A DNA stretch of 64,000 bases, from IMG/VR virus record IMGVR_UViG_3300047551_002099, positions 1 to 64,000 of that record, one strand, 5' to 3'. The notes under the pieces were generated by a model, which saw nothing but the letters and a program-made list of their open reading frames with translations, had not been told where the DNA came from and searched no databases. This stretch comes from a virus. The stretch's first letter is position 1, and each line of letters opens with the position of its first letter. The position numbers and the translations under genes were made by a program. This document shows, in pieces, positions 1-9,853 of the stretch.

Positions 1-1
1 A

Positions 2-3000
2 GTTGTCTTTCCTTTCTATCTTTGTCGGCAGTGTCTGGGTTAGGTAGTTAAAGGAGTTAGCATACTGCTCTTGCTTGTCTGCTAAGAACTGGGCCTTGGC
101 GGCCACCGCGGCTTCTTTCTCAACTATCTTCTGCTGAGTTTCTTGAATCTTCTGCTGCTTGACGGCGATTTTAGCCTCTTCCCGGGCGATAGCTTCTTCT
201 TTTCTGGCAATACGCTCGTTAAGTTTAGTTAGATAGTGACCGTGTTTTACTTCCTCCGCGGCTATCTGCTGCTGTTTCTTATCAATCTTGCCTTCTAAGA
301 TTTGAATGTAGCCAGTCTTATTCTGTATCCGGGACTCTAGGCTTCCTAATGTCCGCGAAGACACCCCGAAGCTTAGATAAGCATTCTGCCGGGTGACATT
401 CTCTGTATTCTGAACAAAAGCAATACTCCGGTCTAGATTAGCAAGGCGGCGGCGGGCTAACTTAGTGGACTCCATTAACTCAATTTGAGCACTAGACCTA
501 ATTGTGTTAGCAGCTTCTGCTTGCTGCAGTTGGGCTAAACGAAGTTGCGCTGGGAGCTGCTCTTGTTGCTCGATGAACCGTTTCAGGTTAGCTAAGACTC
601 CCGCTACCGCGCTGGGGTCTTCTTGGGAACCTAGATTATCTAACTGGGTTAGAAGTTGTTGTGCCTGTTGAGCTTCTGTGCTGGTAGCCGGTAAGTTTGT
701 TAAGAAGTCCCGCAGTCGCTCCATTTCTGTGCGGACAGTCAACTCGAACATCACCCGACCGCGGAAGCCCCCAGCGGTAAGTAGTTTGAAAGACTCAACT
801 TGGTACTTCATTTCTTTATCTGCTGCTGCACCCAGTCGTTTGATTCCGTCGCCGGAATCAACACCAGCCGCCCGCAGAATTCGACTACCCAAGCCGACTT
901 CTTCCATACCCACTAAGAAGCTGTTGACCGCTATATAAGACGTCCCACTCATCCCCAAGCGGTTAGCGGTGGCCTGACGGATGCTGTTCTTGTTATGAAC
1001 TAAGTCAATCGCTGTTTCCTTACTTTGGTGCATTAACACCTGTAGCTCTTCGATGTCCGCCAGCTGTTCATTAGTTAGGTCGGTAGTCTGGCCCTTCAGC
1101 GCGTTGAACTGAATCCGGTCGATAACTGACTGAGTCTTCTGTAGTTTGGCAATCAGTCTGTACTGAGCTTCCAGCGCCGGATGACTTTCAGAGTTAAACA
1201 GTAGACTCATCTTCTGAAGGATATCCAACCCAAGAATAACCCCGGTTTGAACTGAACGCTCCGCACCGGTGCGGACTGTCGTTTTACCAGTGAATCTTGT
1301 GCCACCGTCCGGGTCTGCTTCCTGCTTATATCGGTCTAGAACAACAATGCTAGGTAAGCTAATAAAGCGGCTGGTTTCTACCGAGCCCATTAATGACTGA
1401 GCCCGTGTTAACTTAGCCTGGAGTTCAAGGCGGATAGTTGGGTCAGTTTCAGTTTCAAGTAACTGTCTGAAGTACTGCTGTTGTTGCTTAGCAGAGGCAT
1501 GCAGTGTTTCCATACCTTCCAGGTACTCAGCGCCCGTGTTATTTCGGAAGGTATTGACTATCCGCTGATGGATAGTATCCCGTTGGGTTTGAGCGTAGTT
1601 ACCAGCTCCAATTTGTCGGGCTTCATTGAAACTAGCTCCACTCTGCATTGCCAGAATAATCTGTTTCTGTAAGCCAGCCTCTTCCCGACTGAGTTGGCTT
1701 AATGTAATAGCCTGTTGACTTCCTAAATCGACTCGGGTTCTGCTTCGGTAGATTGAGTCTAGAAACTCAGTCATATCAAAGTCTTCGCCTAAGGACACTC
1801 GTTGTTGGTAGTCGTCTTGAGCTAACTGACGAACGGCTTCTACAATAGTTTCGGTGTTAGTCCCAGCAGACCGTAGTAAAGCGCCGCGCTCGATTTCCGC
1901 TAAGACTAAGTCAACCCGTTGGTTAATGTTCTGTTCATAGTCAAGATTGTTGCCTAAGTTATGCCGAGTTAAGTCGGCGTACCTAATCATATTTTGTAGA
2001 CTTTCAAAGTGCCTGCCATCATTAATGTATTGACTACCTAAACCAACGTAGTCATGCACCGCTGCTACACCCACCGGTCGAACTTCTACAGCACCTAAGC
2101 GGTCGATGTGACCAGGCACTTCATGTCTACCAAAGCTGGTGTAATTAGTTAGGAAAGTCGTGGCAAAGTCGTAGGCTGATGCTTGATAGATTTGCGGGCC
2201 AGCTGCTAAAGCACTTTTAGCAGCTCTTGTATTGCGTAAAAGCCCCATGGTTGTATACTCTAGTTGCAGAGTTCTCAAGTCATTTCTTAACTCTAAGTCG
2301 TTTACAGTTCTGGTACTATCGGGGTCAATAGCCCGCTCCTGCTCTAAAAGTTCCTTCTGCATTACAAACTGTAAAGCAGCGTTATCCCCTAAGTTCTGCA
2401 TTTGCAAGTTGTATTTAGACGCTACTTTACGCTGGCTCGGCACGGAGTTTTCGTAAATAATGGCTAAACTAACCAAGGCTTGTTGGATTGTTCCAACGTC
2501 CTGAGCGTCTTTGGGGTTGTAAGTGTAAGTAGATAACTGCTTAGCTGTTAACCCCTGGGCGTAGTGGCCCTCCATAGCTGTAATATTCTTCATCCCGGTG
2601 GGAACGGTTAGTTTACCTGGCGTATACTCCCCGGGTAACTCAATCATCCGTTGAGTTTGGATGTAGGCTCGGATGGCGCTGAAGACTGCTTCGACTTCTC
2701 TGAGTTTGCGTTCTTCTTCAGGGGTTACACTTTCGCCCCGCTTCACTCTTTCTAAGATGTGCTTAATTTCTTTATCGTCGGGCAGGCTATAACCGAAACG
2801 TCTGGCGATTTCTTCAATCCCGGTGCCTAACTTCTTACCTAGCTCCCCAAAACGTCCGTACATTTCCAGAGCAGTGTAAGTTGCTAAGTTGTGGTCTTTA
2901 CCATATTTGAGCAGTCGACTTTCGCCGTCTTCTCCGTAGGCGGTTAACAACTGCTGGATTTGGGTGTTGTCTAAGTTAAGGTTATTAAGTTTTTCAATCA

Positions 3001-6000
3001 GACTGTCTGTTTGAAGGTCTTGACCCGTCCGCTGCGCTGCCAAGTTTGTTCTGAGTGCTGGGGCTAAACGGGATTTGAAAAGATTAAATTGGGGGTTAGT
3101 GATAAACTGCCGGAAGTCTTGTTCCGCGCTAGGCCCCCGGAGCTTTAAATCTATATATTGGTTGATTTGCTCTGTGTTCCAGCCGGCGTTCTGTGCAGCC
3201 TGCACCAAGACATCTTTGTAGGCCTTCGTTAACGGATGCGCTTCCACTTGTAGCATCTGGGTTAGGGTATCAACGTTGAAGTTTGATATTCCAAACTGAG
3301 ATTCTAAGTTACGTAATTCTCCTTTCAACCGGTTCTTAACATTGTCATCTTGAGAGGTTAGCGTTTCAGTAAGCTTGTTAACGTAGGCTTCAACTTGGTT
3401 ATCACCAATGGCATTAAGACGGTCAGTGTATCCTGTTAGGTCAGTACCCGCAGTCTGCCCTAGTTGTCTAACTAGTTCTGTAGCTTCATGGCGGCGCAGC
3501 GTGGTTCTTAGTTGGTCAATACTATCTTCCTGTTGTGGCATTAAGCTTGACAGGGTATGCAGGTAGGCATTGTACTCGCTGGTGGTATCACTAGGGTCGT
3601 AGCTACCTGTGAAGATACTTTGGTTAGAAAGACTAACTTCTGCCAAGCCCGCGCTTCTGAGCCGGTCAGTAACATTAACATCTCGATAGACATCTTGGGA
3701 TGCTTTTAGTAAGAAGGCCAGCAAACCTACTGGGCGGCTTCCAAAGTCGTCTAGGTGACTGTAGATATTGACGCTTTCATCTTCGCCGGCTTCGTTTGTA
3801 TAGGCATACTCGTCTGTTTTAAAGGAGTTTTGGAACGCCCCTCGGAATAAACTAACCGCACCGGACTGTAACCTTGACCGGGCTTCTTGAGCGCTAGCGT
3901 CGTCACCTAGAGCTATTCTTACTTGAAGGGCCAAGGCTTCTTGAAGACTTCGTCCGGCTAGCAAACCAGGGTCTACCAGTGCCGCCAGGCTACCAAAGTA
4001 ATCCAGACTAGAGTCTAAGTCAGCGGCAATCCCGGTTAAGGGCTGGCCCTGTTGATTAGGATTAGCTGCGTTTCTAACACGCAAGGCCTCTGCATATTGA
4101 GCCCGGCTGCCGCCGTCGCTGTACTGACTGCCCCGCAAGCTTTGCTCTAACGCTCCACGAAGGCCACTAATATCACTCAAGTCTTTGCGGCTTAATAAGA
4201 GCATAGCCAACGCTTCGGCAACAGCTCGGCCCCCGCTGACAGTTCCTTCTGCTTCTGGTCGGTTAACCAATTGGTAAATACCACTTTGCTCTTTCTCTTC
4301 AAGTAGTCCTAACCCCATCTCAAAGTTAAAGCCCTTAATTTGGCTGCTGGATAGCATAGCAAAAACATCTTGGGCAGCAACCCGGCGGGGCAGCAAACTC
4401 TTAGTTCCTTCTGTAAAGCCATCTATGGCTTTCCAGAACTCTGCTTCTGCAGACCGCATTGGCCCTTTTGCTGTTTGTAAGCCACCCCGTATACCTTCTT
4501 TAAAGTCTTTTAGGGTCTGTAGGTCTAAATCTAAAATGACGGTATTGCCGGTGTTCACCGTTAAATGCGCTTCACTTAGAACGCTGATAGCCGGGCCTAG
4601 TTCTCTGGCGGATACCGCCGGGATACGGAACATCATCGGTTTAACCCGACCGTCACCAGTTGTAGTGCTGTAGTTAAACAGGTCGTTAATTGTGAAGGTT
4701 AACCCTTGACCACCTTCTGAACCAATTAACTCCCCGATCAGAGACATAGACTCGATATAGTTAAGTTTGCCTAGCTGACTGTTACCCAACTCGTCTCTGG
4801 AGCCAGGACTGTAGACACCTTTTTTGTAATAGAAGTTGACGTTGTCTAAACCCCGTCCGTACTCTATTTTGATGTTCCTGAACTCTTCTTTCAGTTCTCT
4901 AAGGGAGTCCATTACCAATCGTTTTGCTGAGACGGCATCTAAGCCAGTATCTTGCTGAACCGATTCGATATAGTTGGTTAGGTTTAGGTCGCCCGCGGGG
5001 ATGTTGCTTAAATTAGGAATGTTTTGGTACTGAGTAAAATAGGTTGTTTGAACTTGCAGGTTCAGTCTTCTTTTGAGTTGGTTTACGACACTGCTTTCTG
5101 TGACTAGTAGGTCTTTGGCTAAGAAAATAGTGCCGGGTTTGAGCTTTTCATTAATAACCTTGTTAAGCGCACTGGGGCTTGCGATAAAGCTATCCAAAGT
5201 GCTGGTGGCTTGAACAACGTGGGGTTGGACATAGCTCAAGGCATACTGGTCTTCCTTATTGTCTCTGAAGTTAGCGTTTAGCATCCCATAGTCACTTAAC
5301 TGGGATGCCCCGGCTGCTATTACTAATCGCCGTGGTGCTACGCCGCCCAAGTAACCTTTAGTAATCTGCTTTTGGTCTACTGTCCATTCTTTAGCGATAG
5401 TTCTAAGTAGACGAGTGTCTATGTTGGCATCACTTAACATCTCCGCAGGGGTAAGGAGAGTATCCGGGTTGTTCTGCTGGTAGCGACTGACGTATTCTTC
5501 CCGCAGGGCTTTGTACTGCTGTGCCGTTAGCGTCGAAAAGATGTTGCCCCCTAAAGAGTCAACCGAGCGGCTGGGGTCGTAGTCAAGGTCTGCCCCGAAG
5601 CTCATGGCATATTTAACAAACTCCGACGAAGCATTAAAGATAGGCCGGGTAGAAGTCAGGTTCTTCATCCGTTGACTAATCTGCTCAGACTTAGCAAAGG
5701 GGAAGAAGTAGATTAGCTCATCATCGGAGTCATAGGCTTCGCCTAACCCGGCGGCCTTCTCGGCTTTAGCTCTATACCGGCTGAAGCTAGCTTCAGCTAG
5801 CTGTTTCGCTGAGGTAAGGGCTTGTCTGTTGGTATACCCAGCTTGCTTTAAAGACTTAAATACCTGTAGAGTATATTCTCTTCGTTTAGTAATTCCTAGA
5901 CCTGGCATACTCTGCATTAAGCCTTCTAGTTCATGCACGACCGGTGCGCCACCCTCTAGTTTTAACAATCCACCGTAACGGGTATAAGAGTCTTGGAACT

Positions 6001-9000
6001 TTAACCGACCGGAAGACGCAACCGCCCGCAGGTACTGACCTGAGTACGCCCCTAGGGATTCCCCGTGCATTAAAGCATACGGACTCATAATAAAACCAGT
6101 ATCGTCCTGGTCTCGGAGGATGCTGTAAGCGTTATTGATGTATTGGTCTTCGCCGTAGCCAGGTAATCGGAAGAATCCCTGCCCATGGGAAAAGCCAGTT
6201 TCGTGGGGTTGGGAGAAGATGTCTATTTGGTTACTGAAGGACTCTTTCTTACCCTTTTCAATCTCTGACTTGTAAATAGAGGCAAGCGTTGGATTCATTT
6301 CAATGGCCTGCATAATCAGGTCATTGTAGAGCCCAGTAAAGTTATTCTGTCCTGTCACCCAGTTACCTAAGTTAAGGCTGGTGTTTACTTGGGTAACCAA
6401 CTGACTGGTAAAGCGGTCAACAATAGCGCCAATGTTCTCAGGGGTTGCAGTGTTTTGTGTAGCAGCGTTTGTGATACCTGTAATTAACTTATTGACGGCT
6501 TCGTTCATTTCGGTCAGCCGTTGGTGTGCCATCCCTGTTGTGTTAGCAATATTAGGGCGATAACCGGCGTAATCCCCGATAGGAGTCGCTAGCAGAGAAG
6601 TTAACTGGGTCTGAAGCTGTTGTCTAATTTTCCCTCTGTTTCTTGCGTTCGCGGTGCTTAATTGGTTAGCTAATAACCCCGCGACTTCGTACAAGTCATT
6701 GGTACCACCTTCTGCAACGGGCGTACCCCCAGCACTCAATATCTGGTTAATGGACGTGCCAACGTACTGTCTTAGTGTGCCGGCAAAAACGTCTTTCTCC
6801 ATCATGCCGTAGGTGGCGTACATACCACGGACTTGATACTCGTAACGCATAGCGTGGTAAGTCGTGTTAATTAACCCACCTAAGACATCAAAGGCATTGG
6901 CTTGATAAGTTTCACCATGCTTCAGGGCAATTTCATTTGTTGCGCCTGTTTCTTCGTCATAGACTTTATAGACCCGATTTTCGCCAGTGGCGTTTTTATA
7001 GACCATCCCAGCTATTAACCGCTGGGACTTATTAAGGTAAACAACAGGTTGCATACCGTCAGGGCCTTTAGCGTTGACTGTCCGCTCCGCGCCAAAGGTA
7101 ACATCAAAAGAATACCCTGCTTCATCGCCTAAGGGATTAGCGATTTGAATCTTAGCGCCAACAACCCTAGCGCCGCCCTGCCCAACTAGATACCGTCGGC
7201 TGAAAATAAATTTCTTACCTTTAGCTGCTTTAGAGTCCCAACTAGTTGCTTCAACCCCTCCCATAGACCTTAAGAAGTCAAAACCGTCCCGTGCGATTTC
7301 TTCTCTGCCCCGCTGCTCGATCAGCAACCCTTGGTAGTCTGACCGTTCTTTAAAGAACCGGCTGTAACCATAAAAGTAAGACTGCTGAATATCCCGTTCT
7401 GTCTCAGCATCTAATATATTTAAAGTGTTGTAAGATGACTCACTTTCAAAGATAGCCATCGTTTCAATATTCTGCCTGTTCGCTCCGGCGGAGATGTTAG
7501 ACGAACCAATACCATAAGCTTTGAGTTGGTTCCTCGAGTCTAAAATAGCAAACGATTTACTATGTAAAAACTGGGACGGCATGATAGAAAAAGCGTTGCT
7601 TTCTAGCAGGGAAGTTACCAAATCATACCGTTCCCGCTGCGCGTGGGTTAAACCTGTGGTATCTTTTATTGCTCCCATCCGGTAGTAGTTGTCAAGTAAC
7701 CTAAATAAGCCTTGACTTTCAACATGACTAGTACTAGTTAACGCGATGCTTAGTTGACCACTGCTGGCTAGGTTTTTCAATGCTTCAAAACCTATTTGAC
7801 CAACACCAAAGGGTGACCCACCCAGTTGGTGGGACTTCTTCCTGGGGTCAAGGGCTGATTCTAAATACTGTATTGAAAGGATAACCTTCTGGTCGCCGCT
7901 GCTAGCCGCGCTTTCTAATTTACTGGCTATCTTAGTGTGAATCTCTTCGTTCACAAATAAGACTCTAGGCCCATTTAGCACTCCCAGTTTCTGTTCGTAG
8001 CGTGTTCTGAACTCGGTTCTAGTAGCTTCTGGATTTTGCCGGCTGCTGGTTTGAAGCTCCAGTAAACTATCTACTGCCGCTTTTGTTTGTTGGGCTAATA
8101 TGTCAAAAGCGTTTCTATCCCTAGCAGTATCCCGGTTTAGCAGGAGCATCTCTTCAATCGTTGTCGAGCGGTCTAGTGTAGAAGTCCAGTTTTGGGTACC
8201 GATAAAGATTTTACTGATTGCTCCTACAGCGTCGTCTTTTTCATTATCTTGTTCATAGAAGTAACCTAACTTCGCGTGAATCTGGCCCCGCTGTTGAAAG
8301 ACAGGCACAACTCTAGCGGGCCCTTGGTTATAAAGTTCAGCCGTTCGAGCGCTTAAGTCATTACCTGCTAAAATCCCGGTGGCGGTAGTTGGCATAGACG
8401 AAGAATCTAAAATGTCGGTGTAGCCCTGGGTACCGACTTGGGTTGGCCCGGTTCGGTTTAAGACTCCAGCTAACGCGGTTTTAGACTGTAGTTGGTAAAC
8501 AAAGCCTTTGAAGCCTAAGCCACTGTTTTCTTGGCTGGTCAACATTGAGTAGACGTCTAACCCAGTAGGCCGCATAATAAACCCACTGGAGCGGGTTACC
8601 CCCTGCTGGGATGTGCCTGTTAACCGAGCCGGTTCGGCATAGTTGTCTGTTTGTCTTACCAAACTTTGGTTAATCTCTGGCATAGCCGCAACTAGCTGCC
8701 TAGCCCCGTACTCTACTGCGCCTCTTAGACCTTGTCTTAAGTACTCTGGTTCATACGAAGGCGGACTGTTTAAACGACTGTTGGTGTCGACCGCCAGTGC
8801 GTCTAGGTTAGCCGGACGGGGGCTATGCAGCCGTTCATAGTCTTTGGTGAACCGACGGGCGTAGTTCTCAATCCCCTTGAAAGGGTCAGTTGCATTAGTA
8901 TGAAAGTCTGTCCAAAACGATCGGGCAGCATCATGCTCAGCACTGCTCCCACCGCTAACTGCTGCGCTGGTTCTAATCCTATGGCTGACCTCTGGATATA

Positions 9001-9217
9001 ATTCAGCATAGGTTTCAAGTTCAATATCTTCTAAAAGGCTTTTAGGGACGGTCTCCCCAGTTGCGTCCTCGATAGCGTCGTAAAGTTCATCGATAAAGCC
9101 GTTGTAGTCAAAAATCCGTAAGGCGCGCTGTGTGATAAGCTGCCTAATATCCGCGCTGTACTCACCTTTTATTAGATATTCGTATAAACTCTCTCTGTTA
9201 GTAACGTTAAGCGGCAT
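2..9217 (-). CDS. Giant virion protein (>3070 aa, runs off left edge): N-terminal tandem PLD/HKD domain plus putative fused beta/beta'-like two-barrel RNA polymerase; in tape-measure gene position
   Basis: Hand translation: ATG at 9217 (MPLNVTNRESLYEYL...), upstream in-frame stop at 9241-9239, frame still open at position 2; absence from the ORF track is consistent with no stop in the window. HKD-type motifs IHAKLGYFYE..IFIGTQNWT (about 8280-8180) and LHSKSFAILD..GIGSSNIS..NIE (about 7565-7460). RNAP-like motifs at about 6100, 5330, 4500 and 1006-875. The ORF is well supported; the function is inferred. Confidence 0.85.
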   Translation of the reverse strand, partial: MPLNVTNRESLYEYLIKGEYSADIRQLITQRALRIFDYNGFIDELYDAIEDATGETVPKSLLEDIELETYAELYPEVSHRIRTSAAVSGGSSAEHDAARSFWTDFHTNATDPFKGIENYARRFTKDYERLHSPRPANLDALAVDTNSRLNSPPSYEPEYLRQGLRGAVEYGARQLVAAMPEINQSLVRQTDNYAEPARLTGTSQQGVTRSSGFIMRPTGLDVYSMLTSQENSGLGFKGFVYQLQSKTALAGVLNRTGPTQVGTQGYTDILDSSSMPTTATGILAGNDLSARTAELYNQGPARVVPVFQQRGQIHAKLGYFYEQDNEKDDAVGAISKIFIGTQNWTSTLDRSTTIEEMLLLNRDTARDRNAFDILAQQTKAAVDSLLELQTSSRQNPEATRTEFRTRYEQKLGVLNGPRVLFVNEEIHTKIASKLESAASSGDQKVILSIQYLESALDPRKKSHQLGGSPFGVGQIGFEALKNLASSGQLSIALTSTSHVESQGLFRLLDNYYRMGAIKDTTGLTHAQRERYDLVTSLLESNAFSIMPSQFLHSKSFAILDSRNQLKAYGIGSSNISAGANRQNIETMAIFESESSYNTLNILDAETERDIQQSYFYGYSRFFKERSDYQGLLIEQRGREEIARDGFDFLRSMGGVEATSWDSKAAKGKKFIFSRRYLVGQGGARVVGAKIQIANPLGDEAGYSFDVTFGAERTVNAKGPDGMQPVVYLNKSQRLIAGMVYKNATGENRVYKVYDEETGATNEIALKHGETYQANAFDVLGGLINTTYHAMRYEYQVRGMYATYGMMEKDVFAGTLRQYVGTSINQILSAGGTPVAEGGTNDLYEVAGLLANQLSTANARNRGKIRQQLQTQLTSLLATPIGDYAGYRPNIANTTGMAHQRLTEMNEAVNKLITGITNAATQNTATPENIGAIVDRFTSQLVTQVNTSLNLGNWVTGQNNFTGLYNDLIMQAIEMNPTLASIYKSEIEKGKKESFSNQIDIFSQPHETGFSHGQGFFRLPGYGEDQYINNAYSILRDQDDTGFIMSPYALMHGESLGAYSGQYLRAVASSGRLKFQDSYTRYGGLLKLEGGAPVVHELEGLMQSMPGLGITKRREYTLQVFKSLKQAGYTNRQALTSAKQLAEASFSRYRAKAEKAAGLGEAYDSDDELIYFFPFAKSEQISQRMKNLTSTRPIFNASSEFVKYAMSFGADLDYDPSRSVDSLGGNIFSTLTAQQYKALREEYVSRYQQNNPDTLLTPAEMLSDANIDTRLLRTIAKEWTVDQKQITKGYLGGVAPRRLVIAAGASQLSDYGMLNANFRDNKEDQYALSYVQPHVVQATSTLDSFIASPSALNKVINEKLKPGTIFLAKDLLVTESSVVNQLKRRLNLQVQTTYFTQYQNIPNLSNIPAGDLNLTNYIESVQQDTGLDAVSAKRLVMDSLRELKEEFRNIKIEYGRGLDNVNFYYKKGVYSPGSRDELGNSQLGKLNYIESMSLIGELIGSEGGQGLTFTINDLFNYSTTTGDGRVKPMMFRIPAVSARELGPAISVLSEAHLTVNTGNTVILDLDLQTLKDFKEGIRGGLQTAKGPMRSAEAEFWKAIDGFTEGTKSLLPRRVAAQDVFAMLSSSQIKGFNFEMGLGLLEEKEQSGIYQLVNRPEAEGTVSGGRAVAEALAMLLLSRKDLSDISGLRGALEQSLRGSQYSDGGSRAQYAEALRVRNAANPNQQGQPLTGIAADLDSSLDYFGSLAALVDPGLLAGRSLQEALALQVRIALGDDASAQEARSRLQSGAVSLFRGAFQNSFKTDEYAYTNEAGEDESVNIYSHLDDFGSRPVGLLAFLLKASQDVYRDVNVTDRLRSAGLAEVSLSNQSIFTGSYDPSDTTSEYNAYLHTLSSLMPQQEDSIDQLRTTLRRHEATELVRQLGQTAGTDLTGYTDRLNAIGDNQVEAYVNKLTETLTSQDDNVKNRLKGELRNLESQFGISNFNVDTLTQMLQVEAHPLTKAYKDVLVQAAQNAGWNTEQINQYIDLKLRGPSAEQDFRQFITNPQFNLFKSRLAPALRTNLAAQRTGQDLQTDSLIEKLNNLNLDNTQIQQLLTAYGEDGESRLLKYGKDHNLATYTALEMYGRFGELGKKLGTGIEEIARRFGYSLPDDKEIKHILERVKRGESVTPEEERKLREVEAVFSAIRAYIQTQRMIELPGEYTPGKLTVPTGMKNITAMEGHYAQGLTAKQLSTYTYNPKDAQDVGTIQQALVSLAIIYENSVPSQRKVASKYNLQMQNLGDNAALQFVMQKELLEQERAIDPDSTRTVNDLELRNDLRTLQLEYTTMGLLRNTRAAKSALAAGPQIYQASAYDFATTFLTNYTSFGRHEVPGHIDRLGAVEVRPVGVAAVHDYVGLGSQYINDGRHFESLQNMIRYADLTRHNLGNNLDYEQNINQRVDLVLAEIERGALLRSAGTNTETIVEAVRQLAQDDYQQRVSLGEDFDMTEFLDSIYRSRTRVDLGSQQAITLSQLSREEAGLQKQIILAMQSGASFNEARQIGAGNYAQTQRDTIHQRIVNTFRNNTGAEYLEGMETLHASAKQQQQYFRQLLETETDPTIRLELQAKLTRAQSLMGSVETSRFISLPSIVVLDRYKQEADPDGGTRFTGKTTVRTGAERSVQTGVILGLDILQKMSLLFNSESHPALEAQYRLIAKLQKTQSVIDRIQFNALKGQTTDLTNEQLADIEELQVLMHQSKETAIDLVHNKNSIRQATANRLGMSGTSYIAVNSFLVGMEEVGLGSRILRAAGVDSGDGIKRLGAAADKEMKYQVESFKLLTAGGFRGRVMFELTVRTEMERLRDFLTNLPATSTEAQQAQQLLTQLDNLGSQEDPSAVAGVLANLKRFIEQQEQLPAQLRLAQLQQAEAANTIRSSAQIELMESTKLARRRLANLDRSIAFVQNTENVTRQNAYLSFGVSSRTLGSLESRIQNKTGYIQILEGKIDKKQQQIAAEEVKHGHYLTKLNERIARKEEAIAREEAKIAVKQQKIQETQQKIVEKEAAVAAKAQFLADKQEQYANSFNYLTQTLPTKIERKDN

Positions 9218-9257
9218 GTTAGTTGCGACAGCTACGGATTACATATACTTTCACCCT

Positions 9258-9283
9258 AAACTAAAGCCGGCGCTGGGCCGGCT
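9258..9283 (-). terminator. Possible intrinsic terminator/attenuator hairpin between chaperone genes and giant gene
   Basis: Minus strand AGCCGGC-CCAGC-GCCGGCT (7-bp GC stem) followed by TTAGTTT, just downstream of the stop at 9287; the U-tract is interrupted. Confidence 0.45.
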
Positions 9284-9286
9284 GGG

Positions 9287-9853
9287 TTACCTAAAGGTTT
9301 TTTCAATAGCGCTGTTCTTAGCGATTCCGTGGAGGGCTTCAAATACCGGTTTAGATTGTTCTTTTATCTGCATGCGCTGTTCGTTGCGCTGCTTTTCAAT
9401 TTCACGGTTTATATCTTCGACTTCTAGTGCAATAGCTTTTTTAATGACCTCAGGCCAGCCATACTTTTTATAGAAGTCGTCGCCGCCCCATCCAATCCAA
9501 TCCTCTAACGGAACTTTAGCATGTTGGTTAACCGCGAACCAGCTACTGATTTGGTACTTCTGACGAAGGATTTTAGCTGCATCTTCAAAAATGATTGACT
9601 TACTGGCAATCAAGTTTTTGAACTGTTCTTCGGTTAGGTCTCCCCAGCGATAGATAGGCCACCAGCTGGGGTAACAAGAAGATTGTCCAGCCAATTCGAC
9701 TAAAGGGTCATAAACAGTCGTAACCGGAATTGGCTTAACAAACTCTAGGAAGCGGGAGATTCCATAGCTTCCGTCGGCTGGGCTGTAGTACGCCGCTGCC
9801 GAGGTTTGGTTTCGGTATCTTGTCGACCAAAGTTTTCCCGATAACGCTTTCCC
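9287..9853 (-). CDS. Frameshifted C-terminal segment of tail assembly chaperone (gpT-like part of a gpGT fusion)
   Basis: Frame is -1 relative to the 10533-9745 gene, open from 9898 to the stop at 9287, has no ATG start (the track uses TTG 9694), and overlaps an in-phase G GGA AAG slippery heptamer at 9853-9847. Confidence 0.75.
   Translation of the reverse strand, partial: GKALSGKLWSTRYRNQTSAAAYYSPADGSYGISRFLEFVKPIPVTTVYDPLVELAGQSSCYPSWWPIYRWGDLTEEQFKNLIASKSIIFEDAAKILRQKYQISSWFAVNQHAKVPLEDWIGWGGDDFYKKYGWPEVIKKAIALEVEDINREIEKQRNEQRMQIKEQSKPVFEALHGIAKNSAIEKTFR

Noticed and set aside
7925-7945. Third HxK (IHTKIAS) in the PLD region
   Set aside because: No downstream GSxN element; reads as a helix at the start of the second PLD half.
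678-9473. Short track ORFs in this span (plus-strand 678, 1481, 2232, 4425, 8643, 9132 and minus-strand 8803-9024)
   Set aside because: Antisense or off-frame shadows of the giant minus-strand ORF and the chaperone extension.
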